Below are positions 24,997 through 38,595 of a DNA stretch of 64,000 nucleotides, piece by piece (within the stretch, counting starts at the first letter, position 1; each line of letters begins with the position of its first letter). The position numbers and the translations under genes are program-made. The notes below the pieces were generated by a model. It saw only the letters and a program-made list of their open reading frames with translations. It searched no databases and was not told the DNA's origin. The DNA comes from Eremomyces bilateralis CBS 781.70. Taxonomy: Eukaryota. The stretch lies in the NCBI GenBank assembly GCA_010015585.1, contig ML975155.1; one strand, given 5' to 3'.

Positions 24997-27090
24997 ATGG
25001 GTGTCGGACGTCGCATGCAAAAGCAAGGCCCGCCGCCTCCGCTAGATGAATCCAAAGTGACGAGAAAGCGAAAGGAATTTCAAAACCAAGATGCGCCGGA
25101 CACCAAGAAGAGGAAGTTTGACAAGAACTCCAAATCGGCTCCGGGTACCTATGGTAGATCCAGAGCTGCGTCCACCAAGCCCAAGGTGACCGCGAAGGTC
25201 GACGATCGGAAAGTCAAGGCCGCGCCGAAGACCAAGCAACCACAGGCCCGCAAAGTACCCGCTGCGAAGTCCAAGAAAGTTGTATCTGTTGAAGCTAGCG
25301 CATCTGACGACCTCGAAGTGCTTGAGGATGGTTCGGATATTGATATGTCGGAAGATTTAGATATGGCCGAGAATGGTCTGGAGGGCTTCAAGGCACAGTT
25401 GGATGACATTGAAAGCGATGGGGAGGACGAGGGATCATCTATTGGGGCGGAAGGCGACGATTTCCTTGGATTGGGGTCCGAAGCCTCCGACTCCGTCGTT
25501 GACTCGGAAGATGAAGGCTTGAGCCAGGCCGCCCGGCGAGCGATTTGGTCCGAGGACGAAGACGACGGATCACTTTCCGACACCGAGCAACTGACGGCCT
25601 CGAACATCGCGGGCTTGTCGAAGCAACTAGACCGAGAACAAGCGCAAGAAGCCGCTGAAGCGCAAGCCGAGTTGGAAGAGGCGCAGTTACAAACGAACAT
25701 CTTGGGCGATCAAGATGGAATGTTCTCCGACTCGGACGGCGACGCCGAGGGAGTTCCGAAAATCGCTCGGCTCGCGCCCGATCTCCAGTTCCTACGACAG
25801 CGGATATCCGAAGCGATTCGCGTGCTCGACAACTTCTCGCAGCTGGCTGAGGAGGGGAGAAGCCGGTCGGATTATATGCAGAAGTTGTTGAAGGATATCT
25901 GCACGTACTACGGATATTCGCCGTTCCTCGCCGAGAAGCTCTTCCTGCTCTTCCCTCCGAAAGAAGCTCTCGCCTTCTTCGATGCCAACGAGACCCCGCG
26001 ACCGGTCGTCCTCCGTACCAACACGCTCCGCACTTCGAGGCGCCAGCTCGCACAGGCATTGATCAGCCGTGGTGTGTCTCTGGAGCCCGTGGGCAAGTGG
26101 TCCAAGGTGGGACTCCAAGTATTCGAATCTCCCGTGCCGTTGGGTGCCACCCCCGAGTACCTTTCCGGACAATACATGTTACAAGCCGCAGCATCATTCC
26201 TCCCCGTCATGGCTCTCGCGCCGCAGGAGCACGAGCGTGTACTGGACATGGCATCCGCGCCCGGTGGAAAAACGACGTACGCCGCCGCGCTGATGCGCAA
26301 TACCGGCTGTATCTTCGCCAACGACGCCAACAAGCAGCGAGCCAAGGGTCTTATCGGCAACATCCACCGCATGGGCGTCAAGAACACTGTCATCTGCAAC
26401 TACAACGCTCTAGAGTTCCCGAAGGTGATGGGCGGGTTCGACCGAGTGCTGCTGGACGCTCCGTGCAGCGGCACCGGCGTCATCAGCAAAGATCCCAGCG
26501 TCAAAACAAACAAGACCGAGAAAGACTTCCTGCGCCTCCCCCACCTGCAGAAGCAGCTGCTGCTGGCCGCGATCGACAGCACCGACCACGCATCCAAGAC
26601 CGGCGGCTACATCGTCTACTCCACCTGCAGCGTGACGGTCGAAGAAAACGAGCAGGTGGTGCAATACGCCTTATCACGACGCCCCAACGTCAAGATCGTG
26701 CCCACTGGCCTTCCGTTCGGCCGCGAAGGCTTCACCAACATCATGGGCAAGAAGTTCGACGCCTCGATGAAGGAGACGCGTCGCTTCTACCCGCACGTGC
26801 AGAATCTCGACGGGTTCTTCGTGTGCAAGCTGAAGAAAACCGGACTGACGCCGGCAAACGCGGTGCACGCCAATGGCGTTGGCGCCGGTGTGGTGAAAGC
26901 TGCGGAGGAAGAGGCGGTGGACCGGACGCCTTTGAGGGATGAGGAGGAAGAGAAGGCGGATGAATTCGGTGGGTGGGATGAAGAGGAGGATGCGCAGTAT
27001 ATTGAGCGGGCGAAGAAGAAGTCGATGAGGAGAAGGGGGTTGAATCCGAAGTTGGCCGGGAGGAAGCCAGTGGAGAAGAAGGCGAGCTGA
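24997..27090 (+). CDS. NOP2: 25S rRNA m5C methyltransferase Nop2
   Basis: MGVGRRMQKQGPP start, acidic N-terminal region, LDMASAPGGKT, LLDAPCSGTG, YSTCSV (NOL1/NOP2/Sun motifs); 697 aa. Confidence 0.97.
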   Translation: MGVGRRMQKQGPPPPLDESKVTRKRKEFQNQDAPDTKKRKFDKNSKSAPGTYGRSRAASTKPKVTAKVDDRKVKAAPKTKQPQARKVPAAKSKKVVSVEASASDDLEVLEDGSDIDMSEDLDMAENGLEGFKAQLDDIESDGEDEGSSIGAEGDDFLGLGSEASDSVVDSEDEGLSQAARRAIWSEDEDDGSLSDTEQLTASNIAGLSKQLDREQAQEAAEAQAELEEAQLQTNILGDQDGMFSDSDGDAEGVPKIARLAPDLQFLRQRISEAIRVLDNFSQLAEEGRSRSDYMQKLLKDICTYYGYSPFLAEKLFLLFPPKEALAFFDANETPRPVVLRTNTLRTSRRQLAQALISRGVSLEPVGKWSKVGLQVFESPVPLGATPEYLSGQYMLQAAASFLPVMALAPQEHERVLDMASAPGGKTTYAAALMRNTGCIFANDANKQRAKGLIGNIHRMGVKNTVICNYNALEFPKVMGGFDRVLLDAPCSGTGVISKDPSVKTNKTEKDFLRLPHLQKQLLLAAIDSTDHASKTGGYIVYSTCSVTVEENEQVVQYALSRRPNVKIVPTGLPFGREGFTNIMGKKFDASMKETRRFYPHVQNLDGFFVCKLKKTGLTPANAVHANGVGAGVVKAAEEEAVDRTPLRDEEEEKADEFGGWDEEEDAQYIERAKKKSMRRRGLNPKLAGRKPVEKKAS

Positions 27091-28842
27091 GGCTCGCTAA
27101 CGTTGTAGATTTCAGTATTCAGCAGGAGGATACTATCTTCCTTCATAAAAATTGTGCAGTTAAGGTTCGAGCGACTGATATCCAAACCCTGCCCTCCCGC
27201 ATCCACTCCATGCCAGTCGAGGGCTTAAGTCCGGAGACTGCATCTAACATCAGGTCAAAGTAAAGCAGTTAGAAAAGATACTCGGTCCTGAGCTTCGATT
27301 CAACCCTACTCCGTACCGCATCTCCACGGCACACGCAGCTCATTGTTCTCTCCCTTCGCGTAATAGCCTGAATTCGCGGCAGACTAGCAGCCCCTGAAAG
27401 GTTGCCTTCCCGAATTTGAACCACCACAGACGGTGCCAACCATAATCTATAAATTGGAATCTCTGCAGCTCTTTAGCGGCCTTAGGCATAATCATGGATC
27501 CTATCTCGTTCATCGCTCAATCCATTCTTCTTGCCACTACCAGTTCGTCGGAGAATCATCGATGATTCAAACCAGAGAACATAACATGGTGAAGAACTTC
27601 TCGAGGACTAAGTACCCAATATAAATCTCTGGTTCGAAGGTGCCCCGTCCACAATATCCGATACACAGATCTCCGGGTAGTCCCCTAGCTCATCTTGTAG
27701 GTATAATCCAGTCCAGTCAGCAGCAACGACTGATTCCCAAGAACGGGTGTCAAGTTCGGGAATTGCGAACACTTGTCGCAATCGACCAGTATCATAGAAT
27801 CTTGAAGATACTAATGGGTCGAACTTGGAATGCGTCGGTTTACCTCTGCATAAACCCCCGCTGCATGCAACATTAGGGACGTAGAGTTCTGCGAGCTTTC
27901 AGTTCGACCGTGTCAATCGTTTCGAACTCCGATTCAACCGCTTACTATTCCATTCTGTGTGGATCGAAGCCAGAAAGAACTGTGGTGGCGTCCTAAGTCG
28001 AATTTCTGTAACATATCCAAGGCCAGTCTGTCGGAAAATAAGGACGCATATGATCGAGTGATGCCAAGTTCATCGGTAGAAAAGCGCACCCGTAGCGGTA
28101 CCTCTGACTGAGAAGTATGGAGCCATCCCAGGACCTCTTGTTGCCCTGTGTTACTGCTAACCCGCGGTGAAGATGTATTACATCTTGACGTCGTGTTGGT
28201 ACATCCAACGACAGGGGAAATGCGGAGCGGAACCCGGAGCATCGCAAGACAACTGATCCGACCGACCAGAATCAAAACGAAACACGACGGATGCATGGTG
28301 CTTTCAAAAACAGCGCTGTTCAATCAAAAAGATTGTAGAGACTCTGAACGCAAGGCGACGGTAGCAAATTGAATTTAATCAAGTACCTGAATTCCGTTGC
28401 CGCATGATACTCGTACACAGTCAAAACTAACCTGGGAGATAGATCCTCGATATGAACCTACGATACCCTACCGGACGATAATAGGCCGAACATTGGACAG
28501 AACAATTCCTGAAATGAGAAGTAGAGTTTTCTGTGCGTGCCTCACTTCGATTGCTTTGGTCCATCATGTCCTCCTCCTCGCGCCCTCAGGAGACTCGTCG
28601 GGCGGGGAAGACATGGAGATCAGCCCTGCCATCGCCTAAAGGGCGTAGCCTTTGAATGCCCAAGAGTCGGGGCCGTGTATACCACCTCCATGTCCCAAGC
28701 GATGGAGGTGGACTGCCTGAAGAGTTGGACAAAAAGAGAAGGTGGTTGAAATAAGTACACTAATTATAGTATGCGTAATAGCCGGTCGGCTCATATTACC
28801 CACTCCGCTCCCGTAATTAATACTGTACGTAATTAGCTACTA

Positions 28843-29206
28843 CAGTTAGACCTCGTTATAAGAATACGGGTATATAGGAATATCGGGTTACAGGAATAGG
28901 TTTCGCCAGATTTTCGTCAAAAACCTAGTATATTGCTCGTTACAAGAATTATAAGAATATTCCAATCTTAAAAGTCAATATTCTTACAGGATTTAGTATT
29001 TTCCTAGTATTTTGCAGGGAGGAGTCAGAGAGTCTGGTATCGGTAATGGTTTCTAGTCACGTGTAATTATAATTGTGGGTCCTAATCACAGTCCTCTAAG
29101 TATGGACATACTAAATAATGCCAAGATCGTAAACTCCATAGGAATATCTCGTTATAGGAATACAAAACCCTCGTCTCGGAGGTATTCTTATAACGAGGTT
29201 TTACTG
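28843..29206. mobile_element. Non-autonomous Tc1/mariner-pogo-type MITE (364 bp)
   Basis: 25-bp TIRs CAGTTAGACCTCGTTATAAGAATAC and reverse complement CAGTAAAACCTCGTTATAAGAATAC (2 mismatches). TA on both flanks (28841-42, 29207-08). AT-rich interior with no credible ORF. Confidence 0.85.
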
Positions 29207-30294
29207 TACTGTACCGGTGCCCTGCATGCATTTCTGTGCTAGGAACGGGAGCTACGAAAGTACCACATATTCTCAATGCGCGTTCGTTTGAACGACAACC
29301 CATATATCGCTGGATACCCATCTACTGGAAGCACGCTCTTCTCGTTCTCTTGTCATACACCAGCGGAGTCCATCTCGCTAGGTGATCGTCTGACCAAATT
29401 GGGCTTCGGACACGAACCACTCGAACATCGGATTGGTTCTGGACTCCTGTGTATCTCAACCGCATCGATCGAGACATCCAGTTGTGCGATGCCGATGCTT
29501 GGATCCTCGTTCATGAGGTATTGAATGAGAATGGTCTGTTGGCCAAGCATCGGTGTGATGTCGCCATGCATTTTGTGGCGTCTTCATCGGACAGGAATTT
29601 CATGACATCTGGAACTGGATGTATTCGCCGACGTCATGCGTTTCATCTCAGCTATTTCGTATCGAGTCTTTCACTGATTTGAACATCTTCTGTCCCTTCT
29701 ATATTGGTATTGTGTACACGTTGTTGCTCCAGAATCCTCGCCTTGATGCCCTATTTATTGTCGAGTTGATTCGATCTTGAATGTCAATCCTGAAGTTTTC
29801 GTGTGCTTTTCCTTTCGGATGGCTTTGAGCTGCGTCGTTTGTATCGCTTCTCCATTGCCATCTTCGTCATCTATCTTGGAGCCCTGCCGTTCAAGCATTG
29901 TGGCGTTCAACTTTTCCTGAATACATTAATCCAATGTCTATCGTATCCGATTGTCCGGGATTCATTGGTTGGATAAGATCTAGGTCATGCACGCGATTGC
30001 GACATTCCCCGCACAGCTTGACAGCCAAGTTCGAGTTCGCTGGCCGCGCTTGCTGAGGAGTGATAGTGACGATAGACGTGAGTAAGGCAAGGACTGCCGA
30101 TCTGTCCAACGCTATTGCAGTTTTGTGACCCAACATATATGACGCAGCATCGCTCTGTAAACATGTGAAGCTACGTTTCACCACAACCCTTTCAAATAGT
30201 CTACCACTTCTCTACGTGACTTCAAACTTTGAGGCATCATCGATTATTCTTCTCGTATTGCAATTTTATTTAGTTAATATATTCAACGCTCATC

Positions 30295-32159
30295 ATGGCG
30301 AAATTCACCCTGGGGAAGCCGGAGGGCGAGGCGGGGAAGGCATGGTATGCCACGCTCCTATCGTTCGCAAGACGGCATGAATAACATTTAGATAGGCCAG
30401 CGATCATAATTGGTCTGTTCGTGGCGCTTGGTGGAGTCCTTTTCGGGTATGCCTATTGATACCCAATGACAAACACAAGGAATGGCTCAATGCAAGCAGA
30501 TATGACACTGGAACAATCAGTGGCATCCTCGAAATGGAGTACTGGGTCGATGAGATGAAGACCGATCCGATTGGTATCACCACTGGACAGCAATCTCTCA
30601 TCGTATCCATTCTATCAGCTGGAACGTTCCTCGGTGCCCTTGCTGCTGCTCCGATAGCAGATATGATCGGACGTCGACTGGGTCTGATTATCTCAACCGG
30701 ACTGGTGTTCAATCTAGGTGTCGTCCTCCAAACTGTTTCAATCGAACAAGACTTGTTTATAGCGGGCCGGTTCTTCGCTGGTCTCGGGGTCGGGTTGGTC
30801 TCGGCATTGATTCCAATGTATCAATCTGAAACAGCTCCCAAGTGGATCAGAGGCACCATCATTGGTGCATACCAGCTGTCCATCACGATTGGTCTGTTCC
30901 TGGCAGCCATTGTGAATAATGGCACGCAAGGTCGAGATGATTCGGGATCATACCGGATTCCAGTCGCAATCCAGTTCGCGTGGTCTCTCATCCTGGTCTC
31001 AGGGTCAGTTGTGGCATCGGTTCCGATGATCCTTCGTCGCTTACCATCCTTCTAGGTTGATAATCCTACCCGAGACTCCAAGATACCTCATCAAGCAGGG
31101 GAAAGATGAAAAGGTAAGATTCATAACCTTGAAACTCGTGATGTTACACCACCTCTGATGGGTCATCTAGGCCGCTATTGCTCTCGGCAGACTACGACGG
31201 CTTGATCCACATGACCCAGCAATTGAAGAGGAACTGGTGGAGGTTCGAGCCAATTACCGGTACGAGATGTCTATCGGCAAAGCTTCATACAAAGACTGCT
31301 TTAGGGGCACTGTCCGCAAGCGGCTTATCACCGGTTGCTTGCTGCAGGCGCTCCAGCAGTTGTCTGGCGTGAACTTCATTTTCTACTACGGGACGCAGTA
31401 CTTCAAAAGAGCCGGATTTCAGGACCCATTTATCATTCAGGTCATCACCAACAGTGTCAACGTTGCGTCGACATTCCCCGGCTTGTACCTCGTGGAGAAG
31501 ATGGGACGTCGAGGATTGCTTCTCTTTGGCGCTATCGGAATGGCGGTCTCCCAGTTCATTGTAAGTCACGGCAGCGTTGTTGCAGTGATCCAGGGTGAAC
31601 TAACGCATCCATGCAGGTGGCAATTGTCGGTACAGTAGCCGGAACCAGCGATCTCCCCGCACAACGTGCAGCCATTGCCTTTGTTTGCATCTACATTTTC
31701 TTCTTCGCCGCATCCTGGGGGCCCGTTGCTTGGGTTGTGACTGGCGAGCTGTTCCCCTTGAAGGCAAGAGCGAAATGCCTCTCCTTTACCACGGCGTCCA
31801 ATTGGCTGTTCAATTGGGCCATCGCTTATTCCACGCCATACCTCGTCGATCCTGGCGACAACAACGCGGACCTGGGAAGCAAAGTGTTCTTCATCTGGGG
31901 TTCCTTCTGCGCAATTGCCATCGTTTTTACCTACGCGATGATTTACGAGACGAAGGGTCTCACGCTTGAACAAGTGGATGAGCTGTACGGCATCGTCGGC
32001 AAGGCATGGAGGAGCCAGGAGTTTAGGCCTGCTGTGCGCTGGGCCGATATTGATGACAAAGAAGAAGGTGGAAGAAAGAGAAGCCTTGCAGAGATCACCG
32101 CAGACCAGGAGAGACTGAGGAGCGTCGTTTCACAGAGTGCTGGGAATGAGAAAGTGTAA
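30295..32159 (+). CDS. MFS sugar porter, high-affinity hexose transporter-like
   Basis: GGVLFGYDTGTISG (across an intron), DMIGRR, YQSETAPKWIRG, PETPR, QQLSGVNFIFYYG, YETKGLTLEQVD; multi-exon. Confidence 0.95.
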
Positions 32160-33352
32160 GAAATGTTTGAGCTCAGGGGCTAGGACGAAACGGGACGACT
32201 GCAGTGTGACTCAGTGGTAATGCGGCGATTATGATGTTTGAATAGCCAAAGGTCATTTTTCACAACGTCGGAATTCGGAAGGCAGGGTGATTGTTTGCTG
32301 AAAAATCGTCACTCAATGCACCGGATCTCGGATTCTTCTGTGGAGTCGGATTCTCTAGAGGGATGCTCCTGGAAGGGCATACTCTGATACTCATCCCTAT
32401 CGTGCATTGCATAAACTACATGGCACGATTGGTCGATACATGTGCAGGAGAGTACTGGGTAGTGGGTATGGTTTCTGTTGACTGTTGCTGTGATTTGTTT
32501 AACTATCAGTGTGTATGTCGCTGTCTATCCTAGAATGGCTACTCTGCCCGTCCCCAGACCCGACGCGTCTACCCGCGACCGTGTCAATCTGCGAACCCCC
32601 AATCCTCCTGTTTTAACTTTCGGTCCAGCATCACGGTAAAGCGCTAGCATGTCATCGGTATAGACTCATATAATAATAGAACATTCATTTCCTCTTCAGT
32701 GTTTTTTGAAGGTTCTGGCTGGCAAATTCCGTAAGATGGCCGCCCCCATCTCACCCAAGCACCATCAATCTGAAACAGGTTGTAAGAATTCCCACCTGGC
32801 GGAACAACGGTCAGCCGTAGGGCAAGGTTTGAACAAATTATTCAATGAACAACATTTTTTTATGCCATGCATAACAGATTAACAGTGGTGCTAACTGCTA
32901 TTGACCTATTGTGCATTAATGTTGAGAACGAGCCGGAAAGCGAGCGGTGTGATGAGATTCTGGAGCTGACATGCGGATTCATTTTAGGTGTCGTCGCGTA
33001 GATCGCGATACTGCGGAGGCTTCGACAGGGGAAACTGGGGAAATCATGAAGCATTGACTTGATTACCTGATCATCCCCAGGATCTCGAATTCCGGTCACA
33101 TAGTATAAAACTTGGCGACTATCAAAGTCGAAATCTCGAAATACGTGGGAAAGCGACTCGTTTCTTCGCTTCGACAGATACCTGGACTAATAACTGTTCC
33201 AACCGAAGTCTCCGACCCGGCTTCTGGTGATAACCGAACCTCTAGCGGAATCGTTGTCGCGGCGGTGTATCATATTCCGGGGCTATCCGCTTGACACGCC
33301 AGTCAGTTCGACTATATATTATATCTTGATGGTAGGAGAGTCAAGAGACGCG

Positions 33353-35128
33353 ATGGATCCCCCTAAGGAGGAAAAGTTGGTAATTAGAAAGCGCACCCGA
33401 GCAACGGGTCCGAGAGTCAAGACCGGATGTTTGACGTGCAAGTAAGTGATCGAGAACCGATCCGGAACTCTTCATTTCACTAACTCGCTCCAGATCTCGA
33501 CATTTGAAGTGCGATGAACGAAGACCAACCTGCTTCAGGTGAGGCTCAAACCAGATCAAGCTTATTGCTGCCATTTTGGCTGTTCGCTTTCTCAGAACTT
33601 GATCCTAATAGCATATAGGTGCGAAAGAGGAGGGCTGAACTGTGCTGGCTACGGTTATAGCTTGACTCCGAAAAGTATTCTTGGCTCCAGCAGTCCTTAT
33701 TCGGTAACACATATCCCAAGCCCGCTGCGCGACCATGAAGCCTTGCTTCCTAAAGAGAGTCGGGCGATCGAGTACTTTCACGTCAAAGTGGCACCCCACT
33801 TGGCCGGCCATTTCCATCAACGATTCTGGACCGAAGGCGTTCTCCAAATGAGCGCTCGTCACGTTGCCGTGCGGCATGCACTAATATCTCTATCTACCAT
33901 GTTCGAAACAGACTTGCTGAGGCATTCGTTGCAGGATGTTCCCAAAGAGAAGGAACAATACGCCCTCGAAACCTTCAATGCCGCCATTCGGGACCTTCTT
34001 ACCATGCTTCACGACCCGACAACCGTTTACGTTCCATTAGCAGTATGCATCATATTCGTTTGTCTCGACAGCATGCGCATGAATAGCAAAGCAGTCGTCA
34101 AGCACGTCGAAGGAGGGATCATGTTGCTCAATATGTGGTTTCGACACCAACAACGGCGCCTGCCGCTACAACCAAGTCTAACCGCCTCCGATAAGACATT
34201 GATGGAGGAAGTTCTTATTCCAATCTTTACCTGGCTGGGTATGATGGCTACAACATTCGGCCGTCCCGGTCTTGTCCTGGACCCCGGGCTCACACAGCCG
34301 ATATCAGACGGCCCGGCCCCGGCCATGGAGTCTTTGGAGCAGGCAATATCTGTCTTCATGAGAGATGTGACCGAGGTCTTCGGATTCTCTGCAGCTATGG
34401 CGGAGATGAAATTCCAATCTACAGTCGACGACAAGATCATTGCACAGCATGAACGACTCCAAGGGGCTGTACATAATTGGAAAGTGGATTTCGACCGTAT
34501 GGTCTCGAAAAAATGGTCGACGTGGACTCCGTCTTCAATGCTAAGCATTGGTATGGTCAATGCTATCCATCTTAGCATCCGATATTGGCTTGAAGGTTGT
34601 GCAGCTCCGACAGAGTCCATCTGGGATGACTACAAATCGGTGTACGAAGAAATACTTGGATTGGTTGAAGACGTAGTCCAAAGCACAAGGATGGTTCCGG
34701 AACATCGAGTTCGATCTTTCCACTTCGAGATGGGATACATCCCCCCGCTTCAGTTTGTGCTCTGGCGTTGTCGATATCCTCAGATCCGACGGAAAGCCCT
34801 TCGCATCCTCCGGGACCTCCCTCGCCAGGAATGTCTCTTCGACTCCAAGCAGATTGCAGTCCTCTACGCCCAGGTGATCTCCCTGGAGGAAGAATCACTC
34901 GGTATACCGTTAGGGGAGACCCCCAGTGATGACCAACTTCCTCCCGAGAGCTCCCGGATTCATCGCATCGACTTTCCCCCTCTTCCGCCTACTTCCCGCG
35001 GTCGACCTGTCAATTTTCTCTCTCGACCCAATGGTCTCGATGGCGGTTGGCATGTGAGATCACAATATCTCGGATTGAAGGAAATGGAGTTCCTACGATG
35101 GTTTGACATGAAATCGGGCACGATATAA
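33353..35128 (+). CDS. Zn(II)2Cys6 transcription factor with fungal-specific TF domain (alternative ATG at 33329)
   Basis: Spliced RVKTGCLTCK-SRHLKCDERRPTCFR-CERGGLNC (introns ~33442-33493, 33539-33618), FWTEGVLQMS...AVRHAL, and CRYPQIRRKAL near the C-terminus. Confidence 0.92.
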
Positions 35129-35883
35129 TCCTAACTCGGGTATTTCAACCGAGAGTGCATTTTAGGCAAATCGATCGCCGCAATCTGTTCCAAAAAGAGT
35201 CACTAGGTGCATTCGCGCGCTGCATCATTTCATGCGTTGGGAGTCTCGACTGCACGTTTTGTAAGCAGCTGTTGTTCATCACAAGACTCGGGACTCGTGG
35301 AAAACAAAGTCACCGATCATGATCTGTCAACAAGAATACTTTCCCGACCAGGAATGGCTTACAAAGTTGCAATCGCATCTTATGCAGGGAAACCAAAGCA
35401 ATCTAGTTCATTGAGATTCGTGCCTTTCGGCTTCTGCAGGTCCAGGCTGTCAATTGGCAATTTGGCATTGGTGCCACATGTTGGGTCCCAGTTGAGCCTA
35501 TTGGCCTTGCATTGTTGAAGTTTCCGAACAGCCTGGTTGCTGGAAGCTTTATGCCCTATTTCCATAGCGGTCTTCACATGCCCTGGTGCAAGATGATAAG
35601 CGAGTTAGCGTTAGGGCTATTTCCCACAGCGAAAGAGTTCTATGCTCCGTTGAGGCGGAGATCAACGCCTGCCTCCAGGCTACAGGATTAGAACCATTTT
35701 ACGAAAATTGGAAAGCGAATGGGGTTGTGATATCCTGGAGTCTGTTAAATATGTCTTTCCGGCTTCAACCTTTCTAGTCCTCAAGCTACCGATAATAATA
35801 CCGTTGACCTTATAGAGTCAGAGAATTCTTCTGGCTCGAGTCGAACTGCTACCGTGCCGTCTCTCTTAATAGTTAAGAGTCCG

Positions 35884-35900
35884 CCCCCCCCCCCCCCCCC
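35884..35900. repeat. C17 homopolymer (G17 on the minus strand)
   Basis: Read directly, intergenic. Confidence 0.9.
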
Positions 35901-36802
35901 GCAATTCTAGCTTCGGCCCCCCACAAGTCAGCAACAAGCTAACAACATGTGAATTGCGAAGAGAGGCGTATGCGGATGATCGTCAGGGCGAATATTGGCG
36001 AACGTTGAGCTAATGTACTCCGACTACCACTAGCTTTTCTCGACCATGGAGCCGAGTACGGAAGTAGTAGATTTCCGGATATCTCTCGAACTGTCAACTG
36101 TCAAACGCCCACGACCTCGACTCTTCAATTCTTTATGTGATAAAATACCGCCGTTCAAAGACAAAAATTGGAGCCGTTTTGTGCAACTCGATAGGAATTG
36201 CAATGGACGACAGTCCCCTTTCCCAAATTTATTTATTGGAGCCCCACCGTACTCTATTCAAGATGCGCGACGGTCGAGCGTTGAGAAGTCAGGGCTGGAA
36301 GCTGCAACACCAGATCCCGAATACAAGCATCTAACGATCCACACTCCCCAGACTTCATCCAGCCCTGAGCGACAGAACCCCGTGTACAATTCCATGGGAA
36401 ATCATGGATAAGGAGAATAGGCAATGCCCGATGAGATCATACTAAGTGAAGTTAAAATTACTTCCGACGAAACTGCCGGATCCAAAACGCTCAGATATGG
36501 TTTTATTTCTACAAACAAAATCCCCCCTGTCGATACTAAGGGTGAAACGAGCCTGGCGTGCCTAGTAACCAAAGGTCGCGCTCTAGCATTACTTCATATT
36601 CGGTATATATCACCGAGCATCATTTTGTAGGGGTTAATCCATGTGAAAATACGCTACTACTACATATCCGGGAGTGAGTTCGGATGCAATTATCTCGAGG
36701 CTCGATCTTGTCTCCATATAAGTCTATCGAAATGCCCGTCCGCTTCACTGTTCGGTTGATGTTATCCAGTTCAACTGCTGGCTATCTTGACTTTCGTTAA
36801 CA

Positions 36803-38595
36803 ATGGCTCTTTCCAAGGCCTCTTTGGCGCTCGTTCTGGCTTTGTTTTCGGCCAAATCTTTGCAAGCTCCGACGCAGTCAACGGTGAACGCATGCAATGC
36901 CATCAGCAAAGCTATCCCAGGCAAGCTCTTCAGTCCCGGGTCATCAGGATACAAGGAGGAGAACGAAGATTACTGGAACGCCGGACTTTCAGACCTGAAG
37001 CCGGCCTGTATCCTGAAGCCGACCACTCCCCAGGAAGTTGGTAAAGCTTTCCAGGTTCTCGGGGAATTTACGGATGTGAACTTTAGTGTCAAGAGTGGTG
37101 GACACGACCCGAATCCTGGACATTCTAGTAGCCAAGATGGCGTTCTGATTGCACTGAGCAAGATCAAGGGAACGACGTATGATAAAGCTACTAACCTAGC
37201 TCAAGTCAAGCCTGGAGGGCAGTGGGCGGATGTCGTTGGCCCATTGGAAAAGTTCGGCGTTACTGCGGTCGGGGGCCGTCTAGGTAAGAATGCTTCCGTA
37301 TTGTACATGCCTTGTCTGACTCCATTCCAGATGTTGTGGGAATTGGTGGGTATTTGGCTGGAGGAGGACTTTCCTTCTTGTCGGCGCAATACGGAATGGC
37401 TGCAGATGTATGTATGGCTCGAGCCAACCGAAAAAGCTTGCTAAGAATTCTAGTCTATCGTCGGATGGGAGCTGGTCACAGCGAATGGCTCAGTTATCAA
37501 CGTTGATGCGAAGACCCAGCCAGACCTTGCTGTGGCGTTGCGTGGTGGTGGCAATCAATATGGTAATTCCCAGACACCGCCCAAGTGATGATCCTTCTCT
37601 AACAGGAGCTAGGTGTTACCACCAAGTTTTCCATTGAGGCCCATCCCATCGGAAAGGTCAGTAATAGCACAATAATCAGGAAAGAATAATGGTACTAACG
37701 AAGATAAGGTCTGGGGAGGTATACGGATATATGCTGGCTGGGCCGAGCAGGAAGTCTTCGCAGCCCTGCATGATTTCATCGGCAATAACAACAAGGATCC
37801 GAAGGCCGCAGTCATTGTCAACTCTAACAAACTCGTTAGTGGAGTTGCAATCTATATGATATTCTTCTTCTATGACGCCCCCGAGGCTCCAAAGGGTGCC
37901 TTTGGAAAGTTCGAAGATATCAGCGACCTCTTGGATATGACTGGGACATATACATACCCCGAACTCGTGAGTGGCACTGGTGCCAATTCAGAAGATATCG
38001 CTGACCAACGCAGCTCACGAAAAACTCGATGGGAGCAGATAGCCTCTCGAACAGAGCGTCTTTCCGCGTAAGAAACATCCATCGAGAGGAAAGAAGAAGC
38101 TGACCAGTGTCCCAGAGCATCACTCTCCCTCGCATCCCTTCCAGACCTCAGTTCTACCGAGAAATTGAGGCCCAATGGGAGACCATCTTCAAGGACTATG
38201 CTCAATCTCACCCTGGCTCGATCGTAGTTATCGCATTCCAGCCATTCCCGGCCATCCTGGCCAAGAACAGCGCCTCCCGTGGCAGTAACTCGATGGGCTT
38301 AACAGCAAATGACAAAGATCGCTTCGTCCTTGAGATCACGGGACAATGGTCATCCGCCGATGACGATAATACCATCTGGGATCTGTCAAAGCAGCTCACC
38401 GACTGGATCGAGGAACAGATCCCGCAAGTAACAACTCCTGAGAGTGAACAGTACTTGCCGCTGTTCATGAATGACGCGGCCTTCAGCCAGGATGTCTTTG
38501 GATCATATAAGGACGTCGAAAAGTTCAGGGCCCTGCAGAAGGAAATGGATCCTACTGGCTTCTTTTCCAAACGCGCAGGCGGGTTCAACGTTTAG
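36803..38595 (+). CDS. Secreted FAD-linked oxidoreductase (VAO/BBE-like, FAD_binding_4)
   Basis: Signal-peptide-like MALSKASLALVLALFSA, KPACIL, VKSGGH (covalent-FAD His motif), VGIGGYLAGGG, ALRGGGNQYG and C-terminal MDPTGFF; many short introns. Confidence 0.9.

Noticed and set aside
28750..28840. TACGTAAT / ATTACGTA-type ends (also ~55633) resembling Fot1/Pot2 termini
   Set aside because: No matching partner TIR found in the window; too short to call.
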